Source: Puniceicoccales bacterium | GTDB taxonomy: Bacteria > Verrucomicrobiota > Verrucomicrobiia > Opitutales > JAIRKQ01 | Reading direction: 5' to 3' | Assembly (NCBI GenBank): GCA_031268375.1 | Contig: JAIRXJ010000042.1 | Coordinates: 1 to 39,281, forward strand | DNA length: 39,281 nucleotides | Part shown: positions 8,613 through 18,636 of the stretch, piece by piece | How the letters are laid out: every line of letters starts with the position of its first letter | Numbering within the stretch: the stretch's first letter is position 1 | The notes under the pieces: generated by a model | What the model was told of the DNA's origin: nothing | Databases searched by the model: none | What the model saw: only the letters and a program-made list of their open reading frames with translations | Made by a program: the position numbers and the translations under genes

Positions 8613-10424
8613 ATGATAGATATTGAAAATTTAACCCATCGAATTGGTGGTCGAATATTATTTGAAGATGCAACGCTGCACTTACCTTCGAATGGGAAGG
8701 TCGGGATAGTTGGCCCCAATGGATGTGGGAAAACGACGCTATTTAGGATAATCCTTGGCCAAGAAGACATTGATGCCGGAGAAATTTTCATAAAGAGTAA
8801 AGCGAGGCTCGTCTGTGTAAAACAGGAAATTGAAAATGATGAAATTCCTCTGCTGGATTTTATCATCGGTACCGATAAAGAATTGATACGGCTGCGAACA
8901 ATTTTGGAAGACAAGCAAATATCCGATGAGGACCTCGCCAATGCCTATGATGCCTATGCCGCCATCGATGGCTACTCGGCGGAGGCACGGGCATCTAGCA
9001 TATTGGACGGGCTTGGATTCAAACAGGATGATCTCCATAAAAAATTGAAAGAGTTTTCGGGAGGATGGCAGGTAAGGGCATCCCTCGCAGCGGCACTATT
9101 TGCTCCATCCGACTGCCTATTGCTGGATGAACCTTCCAATCATCTGGATTTGGAAACGGCCATGTGGCTGGAAAATTTTTTGGAAAAAACCAATAAAATG
9201 ATAATTATGGTTTCCCACGAGAGACAGTTTTTAAATTCCATTTGCAATTACATCGTCAGCATTTTCAACAGGAAACTACACCTCTTCAGGGGAAATTACG
9301 ATACCTACATTGATACGCGCAGGAAACAAGAGGTTGCATTGGTAAAAAACATCGAGGTGCAGCAAAAAAAGCGAGAACATATACAGAGCTTTATCGACAG
9401 GTTCAGGGCAAAAGCAACAAAGGCCAAACAGGCACAGAGCAGAATTAAGATGTTGGAAAAAATGGAAGTTCCAAAAATGCCCAACGAAGAATACAGAGTA
9501 ACCCTATCATTTCCTGAACCACGCCCTCAGGTTGATCGTAGATTGATAGTTTTAGAAAATGTCACCACAGGATATGGGGATAAAACGGTGCTGAGGGACA
9601 TAGAATTTTGTGTAAATTCAAGTGATAGAATCGCCCTACTGGGGGCGAATGGCAATGGGAAATCTACGCTTGCCAAATTGCTGGCCAATCGATTGGTCCC
9701 CCTTTCGGGCAATATCTCCTACACAAGGAATTTAAAAATATCATATTTTTCCCAGCAGCAAGCCGATGAACTAAATGTGGAATCCTCTCCCGTCGAAACC
9801 CTACGCCGGCTCGCCCGTGATTTTTCAGAGACGCAGACCCGCTCTCATCTGGCAAGGTTTGGAATAACGCAATCTCGCAGCGAGACACTGATAAAAAATC
9901 TGTCCGGCGGTGAAAAATCCCGTGTTTTACTTGCGATAAATTCGTTCTTCAATCCCCATGCTATGATTCTGGATGAGCCAACAAACCATCTGGATATCGA
10001 GACCCGGGAGGCACTAGTCGATGCAATAAACAAATACCAAGGAGCGGTAATCCTGATTACCCACGACTTTTTTACATTGTCCAAAACATGCCATAAACTT
10101 TTTATCATCGAGGGAGGGAAGTGTACTCCCTTCAATGGGTCCCTAGATTCCTATCGAGAAATGTTACTCTCCAAGGGGATCAATCAAAATTCTTCCGCCA
10201 ATAATTCGGGCAAAATTGAAACCTCAAAACGACCTGGCAATGATTCGAAGTTGAAAAAAAAGTTGTCGCTCTTGGAAAAAGACATCAAAATTCTAGAAAC
10301 TGAAAAAGAGGCCCTCGAAGAAAAATTATCAAAATTTCAAGACAAGGAGGTCTATGGGCTGTACACAAAATGCTGCGATGAGCTGGCAAAATTGGAAACC
10401 CAATGGCTGGAATTGAATACCTGA
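8613..10424 (+). CDS. ABC-F family ATP-binding protein
   Basis: Two ABC domains (GPNGCGKT, FSGGWQ, LLLDEPSNHLD; GANGNGKS, LSGGEK, ILDEPTNHLD), no TM segments; start chosen at ATG 8613 after AAGGAG. Confidence 0.93.
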   Translation: MIDIENLTHRIGGRILFEDATLHLPSNGKVGIVGPNGCGKTTLFRIILGQEDIDAGEIFIKSKARLVCVKQEIENDEIPLLDFIIGTDKELIRLRTILEDKQISDEDLANAYDAYAAIDGYSAEARASSILDGLGFKQDDLHKKLKEFSGGWQVRASLAAALFAPSDCLLLDEPSNHLDLETAMWLENFLEKTNKMIIMVSHERQFLNSICNYIVSIFNRKLHLFRGNYDTYIDTRRKQEVALVKNIEVQQKKREHIQSFIDRFRAKATKAKQAQSRIKMLEKMEVPKMPNEEYRVTLSFPEPRPQVDRRLIVLENVTTGYGDKTVLRDIEFCVNSSDRIALLGANGNGKSTLAKLLANRLVPLSGNISYTRNLKISYFSQQQADELNVESSPVETLRRLARDFSETQTRSHLARFGITQSRSETLIKNLSGGEKSRVLLAINSFFNPHAMILDEPTNHLDIETREALVDAINKYQGAVILITHDFFTLSKTCHKLFIIEGGKCTPFNGSLDSYREMLLSKGINQNSSANNSGKIETSKRPGNDSKLKKKLSLLEKDIKILETEKEALEEKLSKFQDKEVYGLYTKCCDELAKLETQWLELNT

Positions 10425-10689
10425 GTCGGAAGCCTTTCCCCATGCTCAGCATGCTGAAAATTCAATGGGCACGAATTTTCTGGATGGCATATGCTGGAAA
10501 TGCGGCTTCCGCGTAAAGCTATGTTTTCTCCATGATATTTTTTACTATCATAGCATAGTCGTTTAAACTAGAAGGATAGCGATGAAAAACCTTTTCGGCT
10601 CATTGTCTTCGTTTCATTTCCCATACCATGCCTCGTTGATTGAAAAGACTATAAACCCCTGCTATCCAAAGGTAACCGTTCTGCTTATC

Positions 10690-11466
10690 CTAAAATAAAC
10701 ACTCGACGGATGCACTCACCCAAATGAAATTTCTGTGGGCGTTATTTACCCAGGAGTGCGTTTCCGCCGAATTTCCTTCCCAGGCCACACCGGCCTTCGC
10801 CTTTGCCTTATCGTTGATGGTGTACACTAAATCTACTCCCGCACCATAGAAGAAGAAATTCCGCTTCTCGCCTTCGATACATTGACCACTGCACTTTTTC
10901 GCCGTCTCGTAGCCAATCTTACCGTCGATTTCCATACCCAGGCCTTGACCAAGGCGCTCTCCAAGGTCAATTTCATACACAACTTTGGCTTCCAGGGAAA
11001 AGTCTTCGTTGTTGAAGTCGTAGAATGCATAGAGGGACGGAGACAGGTAAATATCTATGCCAATGCCACCATAGATTTCATTGGAGTGTTTCTGTCTGTC
11101 GCCGGAGGCGGATGTGTAGAAGTAGTGAGTGTAGCCAGCGTCAATGGTGTACACCTCCGCCATGGCGTATAAAATTCCTAGGCACGGCGCCATCCTGCCA
11201 TAGTTTTCCTCCAGTGCGGCAATGGCATCCAGGGCAACGGAAAGTTTCACATCTTCCAAAATTTTGTAGCCCAGCCCTAGGTGCGGGAAAACAGCCTTAC
11301 CGCAAGATTTGCAACCATTGGATACACGCTCCGTTGCGAATTTGACGCTCATTTCCCATTCTGTCTTTTCATTACACCAATTCACCGGCTCCTTCGGTTC
11401 GTCGGCAGCCACACTGAAAGTTGAAGCTAATATCAATAAAACTGCAACCGCCGACAATCTTTTCAC
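10690..11466 (-). CDS. outer-membrane beta-barrel protein (TorF/Gcw_chp-like putative porin)
   Basis: Signal peptide from GTG 11466, alternating aromatic beta-strands (IDAGYTHYFY, LSPSLYAFYDF), terminal Phe. Confidence 0.7.
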   Translation of the reverse strand: MKRLSAVAVLLILASTFSVAADEPKEPVNWCNEKTEWEMSVKFATERVSNGCKSCGKAVFPHLGLGYKILEDVKLSVALDAIAALEENYGRMAPCLGILYAMAEVYTIDAGYTHYFYTSASGDRQKHSNEIYGGIGIDIYLSPSLYAFYDFNNEDFSLEAKVVYEIDLGERLGQGLGMEIDGKIGYETAKKCSGQCIEGEKRNFFFYGAGVDLVYTINDKAKAKAGVAWEGNSAETHSWVNNAHRNFIWVSASVECLF

Positions 11467-11618
11467 AAATTCACCTTTTCCCCACCAAAAAAATATAAAC
11501 CATGGAAATGTCAATAATTTTCTCCGGATCTCAACAAAATTAATCCCCCATAGAGACCTTTATGGTCGTTTTAATCCACACAAACAGCGATAAAAAACTT
11601 TTGTGGTACGATCAATGG

Positions 11619-12668
11619 TCATGCAATGGTTACCGATTTGTCTAAGTAAACATCTTGGATGGCATTCAATAGGGCCACACCATCTTTCATGGAACGTTGG
11701 AAAGCCTTTCGTCCACAAATTAACCCAGATCCCCCAGCCCGCTTATTGATAACAGCCGTTTCGACCGCCTCATGAAAGTCATTAGCCCCCGAGGCTCCTC
11801 CCGAATTTATTAGCCCAGCCCGGCCCATGTAGCAATTTGCTAATTGGTAGCGGGTTAAATCTATTGGGTTATCGCTCGTTAATTCCGAATAAACCTTGTC
11901 GTGGGTTTTCCCAAATTTCAATGCCTTGAAACCTCCATTGTTTGTCGGTAACTTTTGTTTAATTATGTCGGCTTCAATTGTTACACCCAGGTGATTTGCT
12001 TGACCTGTCAGGTCAGCGCTTGTGTGGTAGTCTTTGTCGGCATTAAATGCATTGTTTCTTAGATAGCACCAAAGAATTGTTGCCATACCGAGTTCGTGGG
12101 CTAGTTGAAATGCTTCCGTCGTCTCCTGTATCTGGCGTGTGGATTCGTCGGACCCGAAATAAATTGTGGATCCAACGGCCGCAGCTCCCATATCGTACGC
12201 CTGTTGAACATGGCCGAAGTAAATTTGGTCAAATTTATTGGGATATGTCAATAATTCATTGTGGTTCAATTTTACAACAAAAGGTATCATGTGAGCATAT
12301 TTTCTAGAAACAATCCCGAGTACCCCCAATGTGGATGCTACGGCACTACAACCGCCCTCGATGGCTAATTTTACAATATTTTCAGGGTCAAAATATTCCG
12401 GATTTGGGGCAAAACTGGCAGCTGCCGAATGTTCGATACCTTGGTCTACGGGAAGAATCGAAATATAGCCTGTTCCCCCAAGGCGTCCCGTGTTACGAAT
12501 TCGCGATAGGCTATTGAGAACGGCAACCGACCTATCCGACTGTAAAAATACTTCGTTGATAAAATCTGGCCCCGGCAAGTGTAATTTGGACTTGTCTATC
12601 GTTTTGCACCTATGCTGAAGCAAGCCCAACCTATCATTTTTTTTAAATTCTTCGACATGTTTGTTCAT
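11619..12668 (-). CDS. fbaB: class I fructose-bisphosphate aldolase (DhnA/FbaB type)
   Basis: [21 protein letters not shown] (Schiff-base Lys), [16 protein letters not shown]. Confidence 0.96.
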   Translation of the reverse strand: MNKHVEEFKKNDRLGLLQHRCKTIDKSKLHLPGPDFINEVFLQSDRSVAVLNSLSRIRNTGRLGGTGYISILPVDQGIEHSAAASFAPNPEYFDPENIVKLAIEGGCSAVASTLGVLGIVSRKYAHMIPFVVKLNHNELLTYPNKFDQIYFGHVQQAYDMGAAAVGSTIYFGSDESTRQIQETTEAFQLAHELGMATILWCYLRNNAFNADKDYHTSADLTGQANHLGVTIEADIIKQKLPTNNGGFKALKFGKTHDKVYSELTSDNPIDLTRYQLANCYMGRAGLINSGGASGANDFHEAVETAVINKRAGGSGLICGRKAFQRSMKDGVALLNAIQDVYLDKSVTIA

Positions 12669-12789
12669 AGATATTCCTTAATATTGCTACTATTTTTAGA
12701 ACTTTTGTAAAAAAGGCAATGGATTTATTGCGATCTGGAAGTAAATTCATTGTTTTATTTGTCCTTCGAATTATTTTTTTGTTAAAAAT

Positions 12790-12817
12790 TTGACATTATA
12801 AATAATAGGGGTACCAT
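12790..12817 (+). promoter_or_regulatory. putative sigma70 promoter for ORF 12849
   Basis: TTGACA-N16-TACCAT, followed by an AGGAGG ribosome-binding site. Confidence 0.5.
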
Positions 12818-12848
12818 CGGTAAAATTTTTTCAAAAAAGGAGGAATAA

Positions 12849-13346
12849 ATGGATGTTTACACTGATGTTACCCAACTACATGGGGCTCTCTATGAGGTAC
12901 CTGGTCAATTTGTGGAACCGGGAGAACCGGGTTCGGCAATGGACGGAGTAGTTTGGACATCGAGAGCTATGCGACAAATGCAGGGTCTACGAGCAATTGC
13001 CCATGAATATGAAGCTGAAATTGCCGAAAGACCATTGGCAGAAAGAGAAGTCACCCTTCTTGTTAGAGGCCAACTGCTGGATGGCCGATTCGTTGTTGAT
13101 GAAGTAGAAGCACGAAACCGTTTAAATCATCTACAAGCAACGGCTGTGCAGGGATCCAAGTTGGTGAAAATTGTCTTTGGTACTATTGGAATAATAACGG
13201 GAATAGTATTGCAATTACAAGGTAATGAGTATGACGCAGCCGCCTACGGGGTTGCATTGGCCTTGATTGCATCGGCCATAGAAAACATTTTTATAGACAG
13301 AATCAAAAGGCCTGATCCTGCATTGAGAGGAGAATATCAGGTATGA
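12849..13346 (+). CDS. hypothetical protein with C-terminal bilobed hydrophobic hairpin; candidate T3SS substrate
   Basis: Strong RBS; hydrophilic N-terminus without Sec signal; two close hydrophobic stretches (IVFGTIGIITGIVLQL and AAAYGVALALIASAI). Confidence 0.75.
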   Translation: MDVYTDVTQLHGALYEVPGQFVEPGEPGSAMDGVVWTSRAMRQMQGLRAIAHEYEAEIAERPLAEREVTLLVRGQLLDGRFVVDEVEARNRLNHLQATAVQGSKLVKIVFGTIGIITGIVLQLQGNEYDAAAYGVALALIASAIENIFIDRIKRPDPALRGEYQV

Positions 13347-13471
13347 TATATGCAAAGGCGTAGGGGAAAAGTTTGTCGATAGCAGTTTCTAATTGTGCTG
13401 ATCGTATCCACAACAAGCCATAAGCCAACGTCAAAGGGTATCCTGGGAAATGTGGCCCCTCCCTAACTTTG

Positions 13472-14152
13472 TTAGGCTGGAGGCCCTCCGTTGAGGTATG
13501 GGTTGTTTTTTTCTTTCAAAATGGTTGTAAATTTTCCATGGCCGGGGATAACCGTCGTATCCTGGGGCAATGTCAAAAGTTTTTTCCTTATTCCGGAAAT
13601 CAGTAACAATTCATTGCCTCCCGGAAAATCAGATCTTCCAATGTTGCCATTGAACAGTGTGTCGCCCGTAAATACACATCCCAGTGACTTGATATAAAAT
13701 GCCAAATCCCCGGCGGCATGACCTGGGACCCAGCGGCAGAAAATTTCCAACCAGCCGTTGATGTTGATTATATCGTTATCTTTTACCTCGACATCGATTT
13801 TGCAGGGGATAAGGCTCATGTCCGACCCAACAACCATTGTAACCAATTCCGGGTGCTCAATTAATAGTTTGTCCAGCCCATGGGCATAGGTTTGTACTCC
13901 TAAATTTTTAAACACATGGCCGTCGCCCACATGGTCCCAGTGCCCATGGGTAAATAAGATGGCGACTACTTTTGTGCCCGGAAGGAGCATGCTTTTACTC
14001 GCTTCGAATGTTCCAAATGGGGCATCGACTAGCACAGCTTCGTGGCACTTGGCATTCTCAATAAATCCGACATTGTTTCCGATAGGACCACATTTTGCAA
14101 CGAAGATTTGCACTTCTTCATTGGACGCGACTAAAAATTTTGACCTATGCAT
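13472..14152 (-). CDS. MBL-fold metallo-hydrolase (glyoxalase II/YcbL-like)
   Basis: THGHWDH, PGHA, FTGDTLF, GRSDFPGG, PGHG. Confidence 0.92.
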   Translation of the reverse strand: MHRSKFLVASNEEVQIFVAKCGPIGNNVGFIENAKCHEAVLVDAPFGTFEASKSMLLPGTKVVAILFTHGHWDHVGDGHVFKNLGVQTYAHGLDKLLIEHPELVTMVVGSDMSLIPCKIDVEVKDNDIININGWLEIFCRWVPGHAAGDLAFYIKSLGCVFTGDTLFNGNIGRSDFPGGNELLLISGIRKKLLTLPQDTTVIPGHGKFTTILKEKNNPYLNGGPPA

Positions 14153-14759
14153 TTTGAAAAATTTCCAAGATCACCTTATCTTCCAATTCTCTAATACCGG
14201 TGATTTCAGCAACATTGTAGGAATTCCACACATTGGGCAATCCTAAATCATTGGTATAATCTCCACCCTTCAGGTAAAAAATTTTGCCATTTGGCTTCAA
14301 AAGTTTTTTCGAATATTTCAAAAAATCGGCTAAATTTGTTACCGCCCGGCCGACAATTTTGTCAAATCTATCAAAAAAGTCTTCGGCCCGAATGTTTATC
14401 GTTTTCACATTCTGCAGGTTGAGTCTTTTTACCATATCGTTCACCGCTATGATCTTTTTCCCGACAGAATCCATCAGTGTAAACCTGGTTTCACGGCAAA
14501 CAATGGCCAATGGAATCCCAGGAAGACCACCTCCGGTCCCGATGTCCAAAACATCTTCACCTCTGGTAAAACTTTCAACTGCGGAAATTGACAAGCTGGG
14601 AATGATGTGACGGTCGATAACATTTTGAATATCTTTCCTTGAAATAAGGTTAATTTTTTCATTCCACTCGCCCAGTAATTTGGAATATTCTACCAGCCGA
14701 TGTAGCTGGCTTTCTTCCAGCCGAGGGAAAATTTTTGCGATTAAACTTTCATCTGCCAT
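14145..14759 (-). CDS. rsmG: 16S rRNA (guanine527-N7)-methyltransferase
   Basis: WNEKINLIS, LDIGTGGGLPGIPLAI, RAE, GRAV, LKG. Confidence 0.95.
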   Translation of the reverse strand: MADESLIAKIFPRLEESQLHRLVEYSKLLGEWNEKINLISRKDIQNVIDRHIIPSLSISAVESFTRGEDVLDIGTGGGLPGIPLAIVCRETRFTLMDSVGKKIIAVNDMVKRLNLQNVKTINIRAEDFFDRFDKIVGRAVTNLADFLKYSKKLLKPNGKIFYLKGGDYTNDLGLPNVWNSYNVAEITGIRELEDKVILEIFQNA

Positions 14760-14802
14760 GAATTACAAGTAATTACTTCTTCCGGACCTTACAGACAATT
14801 TC

Positions 14803-15612
14803 TCAGAAAAATTCATCGAGCACTTTCCATCGTTGCATGGAAATTTCTTCGGGCCGTAGGGGTGCGGCAATTTTATATTCCGACAGCCAATTTTGCAATT
14901 CAACACATCCGTCCTTGCCGATTCCACCCATTTGTTTTCTTCTTTTTGTAAAAATCCACCTAATGGTCTGTTTCGTCCTTGGTTTAAAAAGGAACGGGTT
15001 TTGTTTTTTTACCATTGACACCATGACCGATGACACCATTGGCTCTGGATAGAATGAGCCCGCAGCCACCCTATGCATGCAAACCCTATCATATGCCGAT
15101 TGGATGAAAATTGAAATGGGACAGATTTCCGAAGTACTGATGGAGGAAAAAAACCTCTGTGCCGTTTCGGATTGGGTGATTAAATTTATGCTCTGTGGTA
15201 AATGGTAACATTCCAAAAGAGCATTTATCCAAGTGGATGAAATTGAATAGGGCAGGTTGGAAACCACCTTGAAAGCACCCATATTTTGTGGCAATCCGGC
15301 AATCGGAAAATCCACCGCATCGCCCTGCATCAGCTGTAAATTACTATAATTTACAAATTTGGATTTTAAAAAATTGAAAAGGCGTCTGTCCAATTCAATG
15401 GCGAACAATTTGGCTCCGACCTTTAAAATTTTTTCTGACAGTGCTCCAAGCCCTGGACCAATCTCAACGATCGCATCACCATCTCTTACGTCCGAAATTG
15501 CCATAACTTTATCAACCACATTGCCATCGATTAAAAAGTTTTGACCAAGCTTTTTGGAGGGAATTATTTTGAGGCTTTTTAAATCAAGCAGCGTTTGCTT
15601 TAATAACGACAT
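14803..15612 (-). CDS. rsmA: 16S rRNA adenine dimethyltransferase
   Basis: KKLGQNFLID, VEIGPGLG, IELD, VVSNLPYSIS, SFYPEPMVSS; start placed at ATG 15612 to avoid overlap with sctU. Confidence 0.93.
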   Translation of the reverse strand: MSLLKQTLLDLKSLKIIPSKKLGQNFLIDGNVVDKVMAISDVRDGDAIVEIGPGLGALSEKILKVGAKLFAIELDRRLFNFLKSKFVNYSNLQLMQGDAVDFPIAGLPQNMGAFKVVSNLPYSISSTWINALLECYHLPQSINLITQSETAQRFFSSISTSEICPISIFIQSAYDRVCMHRVAAGSFYPEPMVSSVMVSMVKKQNPFLFKPRTKQTIRWIFTKRRKQMGGIGKDGCVELQNWLSEYKIAAPLRPEEISMQRWKVLDEFF

Positions 15613-15682
15613 TGAATTGGTTGATGATCTATTAATTTCTTTGAAAAATACCTCGGGAACCACAATTCCCAATGCCGGAAAA

Positions 15683-16768
15683 TCACCAGGCTTCACCTTC
15701 AAGCCCCATGCCCTGCTCATGCTGTTCCTTCATTTCATATACCCAACGTAGCACTTCAGCCACCGGCTCAATTAATTCCGTAGGAATGAAAGTCATCACT
15801 TCCCCAACATCCATGAGAGAGTGTGCCAGTGGTACGTTACGCATGATTGGAATATTATTCTCCCGTGCCACCCGCATCATTTCCTCTGCGATGGCTCCCT
15901 GCCCAGTCGCCAAAATGATGGGCAAAGAAGATCCTCTGCCTTTCATGTTATAGTATACGGCTACGGCGATGTGTTCAGGGTTTGTTATCAGCACGCTGGA
16001 TTGTTTTGTCCTGCGTGGAGCATCCTGTTCGACCATTTCACGGTGTATCTGTTTTCGTTTTCCCTTAATTTGTGGATCTCCTTCCATTTCCTTATACTCC
16101 CGTTTTACCTCATCCTTGGACATTTTCATTTTACCCATAAAATTTCGCTTTTGGAAGACAAAATCGATACACGCAACTACGATGTATGCAAAGATCACAT
16201 TGTATGCGAATCGTTTCATTATTGGGCCCAGAATGTTGATCACTCCCGTAAGGCCATAGAATGGTAACAGAAGCAAATCTCGAATTAGATTTTTTATGAC
16301 CATGTAAATCAATATGCCCAAAAATATTATTTTTAGGGATGATTTCAAAAATTCGAAAAGGTTTTTTTTGGAAAAAATTTGTTTAATTTTTTCCGCAGGA
16401 TTAAGTTTTTTTATATCTGGCTTTACGGTTTCGAAGGTGAGTAGAAAACCAATTTGAGCACAATTTGCAACCACAGCCATAACCATGCAAATTCCAAGGG
16501 CAGGCAGTATGATGCCAATCATTTGTTTAAAAATCCCAACAATAACGTTGGAATAGGCCATTTTAAAATCTTCCGATAGGTAACCTATGGGAAACACAAG
16601 CATATCTCCTATGGCTTTCACGTGACTGGACCATCCAAGGCCCACATATGCATACAAGCCTATTAGCAGAGATGTGGAAATCACATCCGTACTTTTACAC
16701 ACCTGGCCTTTTTTTCTAGCATCCCGCAGCTTTTTCGGTGTGGGCATTTCTGTTTTTTCACCACTCAT
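15683..16768 (-). CDS. sctU: type III secretion export apparatus switch protein (EscU/YscU/HrcU family)
   Basis: MSGEKTEMPTPKKLRDARKKGQV, KMSKDEVKREYKEMEGDPQIK, NPEH cleavage-site motif, NVPLAHSL, PVAEVLRWV (YscU-like). Confidence 0.92.
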   Translation of the reverse strand: MSGEKTEMPTPKKLRDARKKGQVCKSTDVISTSLLIGLYAYVGLGWSSHVKAIGDMLVFPIGYLSEDFKMAYSNVIVGIFKQMIGIILPALGICMVMAVVANCAQIGFLLTFETVKPDIKKLNPAEKIKQIFSKKNLFEFLKSSLKIIFLGILIYMVIKNLIRDLLLLPFYGLTGVINILGPIMKRFAYNVIFAYIVVACIDFVFQKRNFMGKMKMSKDEVKREYKEMEGDPQIKGKRKQIHREMVEQDAPRRTKQSSVLITNPEHIAVAVYYNMKGRGSSLPIILATGQGAIAEEMMRVARENNIPIMRNVPLAHSLMDVGEVMTFIPTELIEPVAEVLRWVYEMKEQHEQGMGLEGEAW

Positions 16769-17557
16769 CTATCTAACAAAAATCTTAACAAATTCCGCAA
16801 GTTTACTTCTGGACGTAAAATACAATTCAAAGAAGTAATTCAATAGGGACAAATACATAAACAAAAACATCATGGACAGCCAACTTTTTACCGGCATTGC
16901 TAGGAAGAAAACATTAAGTTGGGGAGCAAATCTGTTGACCATGCCAAGCCCAAATTCTGCCAGGAACAAAACTATCAATATGGGAGCTGCCAAGGAAAAC
17001 ATTACGGCCATCAAATCCTTTATCAAATCCATAAAAAATACCGCAAACCCCACCTCAAACTTAGGGAAATATGAAAATACTGGCCACACTTGATAGGTCT
17101 TGTATATGAGATCTAAAAAAAACAAAAATCCACCGGTGGAAAAAAACGCCACCGACATCATTTGTATCAAGAAACTTCCCATAAGCGATGTTTGGGAACC
17201 CGCCATCGGATCAAATATGGTTGCCATCGATGCCCCACGTTGAACATCGACCACAAAACCAACCCCTTCCGCCGTATAGAAAATAAAACTGGCGACAAAC
17301 CCCAAAACAATCCCTATGATAACCTCTTTTATCAGCAGTCCACCCATGGCTAGAACGGCAAATTGTCCCTGGGGAAGTGTTGGAAATACTAAACAGAACA
17401 ATGGCAAAGACAGTGACAGTATGGTGACATTTCGTCCGGTTCCTACTACAAATTGGCGCGAAAAAAATGGAGCTACGGCCAATGATGCCCCCAATCGTGC
17501 CATTGCTATAATTATCAACACGCATGTACTTGATATTTCCTTTAGTGGCGTATCCAT
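16769..17557 (-). CDS. sctT: type III secretion export apparatus subunit SctT (EscT/YscT family)
   Basis: KEVIIGIVLG, GFVVDVQRGASMATIFDP, GMVNRFAPQLNVFFLAMPVKS; the QRG motif is typical of injectisome SctT. Confidence 0.92.
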   Translation of the reverse strand: MDTPLKEISSTCVLIIIAMARLGASLAVAPFFSRQFVVGTGRNVTILSLSLPLFCLVFPTLPQGQFAVLAMGGLLIKEVIIGIVLGFVASFIFYTAEGVGFVVDVQRGASMATIFDPMAGSQTSLMGSFLIQMMSVAFFSTGGFLFFLDLIYKTYQVWPVFSYFPKFEVGFAVFFMDLIKDLMAVMFSLAAPILIVLFLAEFGLGMVNRFAPQLNVFFLAMPVKSWLSMMFLFMYLSLLNYFFELYFTSRSKLAEFVKIFVR

Positions 17558-17567
17558 AATCCACCCG

Positions 17568-17837
17568 TTACTTGGTTAACACCGGAAATTCATCGAATAG
17601 AAAGCTAGTGAATTCCAAAATTTCACCACCTATCCAATGACAGGTTAGGGCCAATACTACGATTACAAAGATCAATTTTACCGCAAACCCCAATGTTTGT
17701 TCCTGAACCTGGGTCAACGCTTGCAATAGGCTGATGAACAGTCCTACTGTCGTAGCTATCAAGATTGGCGGCATCGATAGAACCAACACTAAAATCATCG
17801 CCTTAGATGTTACACTCAAAATAAACGACTCGTGCAT
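17568..17837 (-). CDS. sctS: type III secretion export apparatus subunit SctS (EscS/YscS family)
   Basis: LSMPPILIATTVGLFISLLQALTQVQEQTLGFAVKL. Confidence 0.93.
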   Translation of the reverse strand: MHESFILSVTSKAMILVLVLSMPPILIATTVGLFISLLQALTQVQEQTLGFAVKLIFVIVVLALTCHWIGGEILEFTSFLFDEFPVLTK

Positions 17838-18026
17838 AAGTTTATACTAAAGTCAGGCTATTTAAGCAAAAATTTTAGGATAAACAATCTTTTATATTTG
17901 AAATCTTTGGAGGTAAAACCCTCTTGTCTTCCGAATGACTTCATTGCTAGAGAACAGATTTTTTGGGAAACCGATGGAGTAGACTTTTTGGAAGATCGTT
18001 ATTTCTGCCCAAATGCTATACGCTGA

Positions 18027-18344
18027 TCACTTGGGCGATTGGTTCTTGGCAATTTCGAGCTCTATAATTTTAAATTGGACGAAGTTTCCTTTTGCTTTAC
18101 CCGTTACTTCGCGAAAATATTCCACTGTAATTTCCTTATCCACTCCATCGAACGTGTATTTGCAGTAAGTATCAATATCAAAATCAGACCGATCCTTTAT
18201 AAAACCTTCAATTATCTTTGTACGCTCAAAGTCTGTAAGTACATCGTAAAACTTACTTGCGACATTCTTTGGAGCAACGCATGTCGTTGTCCCCTTTGAG
18301 AAAATTTCTACCACACTAGTGTTGTCCGTGCTACACATAACCAT
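18027..18344 (-). CDS. hypothetical protein
   Basis: 105-aa ORF with AGGA upstream and TTGACA further upstream; no family recognised. Confidence 0.5.
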   Translation of the reverse strand: MVMCSTDNTSVVEIFSKGTTTCVAPKNVASKFYDVLTDFERTKIIEGFIKDRSDFDIDTYCKYTFDGVDKEITVEYFREVTGKAKGNFVQFKIIELEIAKNQSPK

Positions 18345-18636
18345 ATTTTTTTCCTGTTTATGATTTTGAAAGTTAAAGCCATCTTTTTATTAATTTCCTT
18401 TAAATTCAAAATTTTGTAAATGATACATTTCAATCTGAAAGCTTTTGCATTGTCAACAAAAAATTAGGATTTTTAGTGGGTGCGGGGGGAAATACCATCG
18501 ATAACGAGGATGATAGTGGCCAAAAGGTTGATTTGTCATAGCGACCAATCGGAAAATTTAATGGAAGAATTGTGTCATTTGCCAGGATTCGAATTGTCTT
18601 GAATTTTTAGTATATTCACATTTTTTCAGCTACGAA

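Noticed and set aside
10425-10689. Structured RNA in the convergent intergenic gap
   Set aside because: Only weak, imperfect hairpins; no recognisable riboswitch or ncRNA motif
15613-15720. Long N-terminal extension of RsmA overlapping sctU
   Set aside because: Homology begins near MSLLKQ at 15612; the extension is probably an artefact of longest-ORF calling
15683-17837. Flagellar fliQ-fliR-flhB interpretation
   Set aside because: Gene order fits both systems, but the motifs (QRG in SctT, VKREYKEMEG and AEVLRW in SctU, QALTQVQEQTL in SctS) and the needle/chaperone pair favour an injectisome; no other flagellar genes are in the window
18027-18029. TGA recoding (alternative genetic code)
   Set aside because: Conserved genes such as fbaB, the ABC-F gene, sctU and rsmH end at TGA at the expected positions
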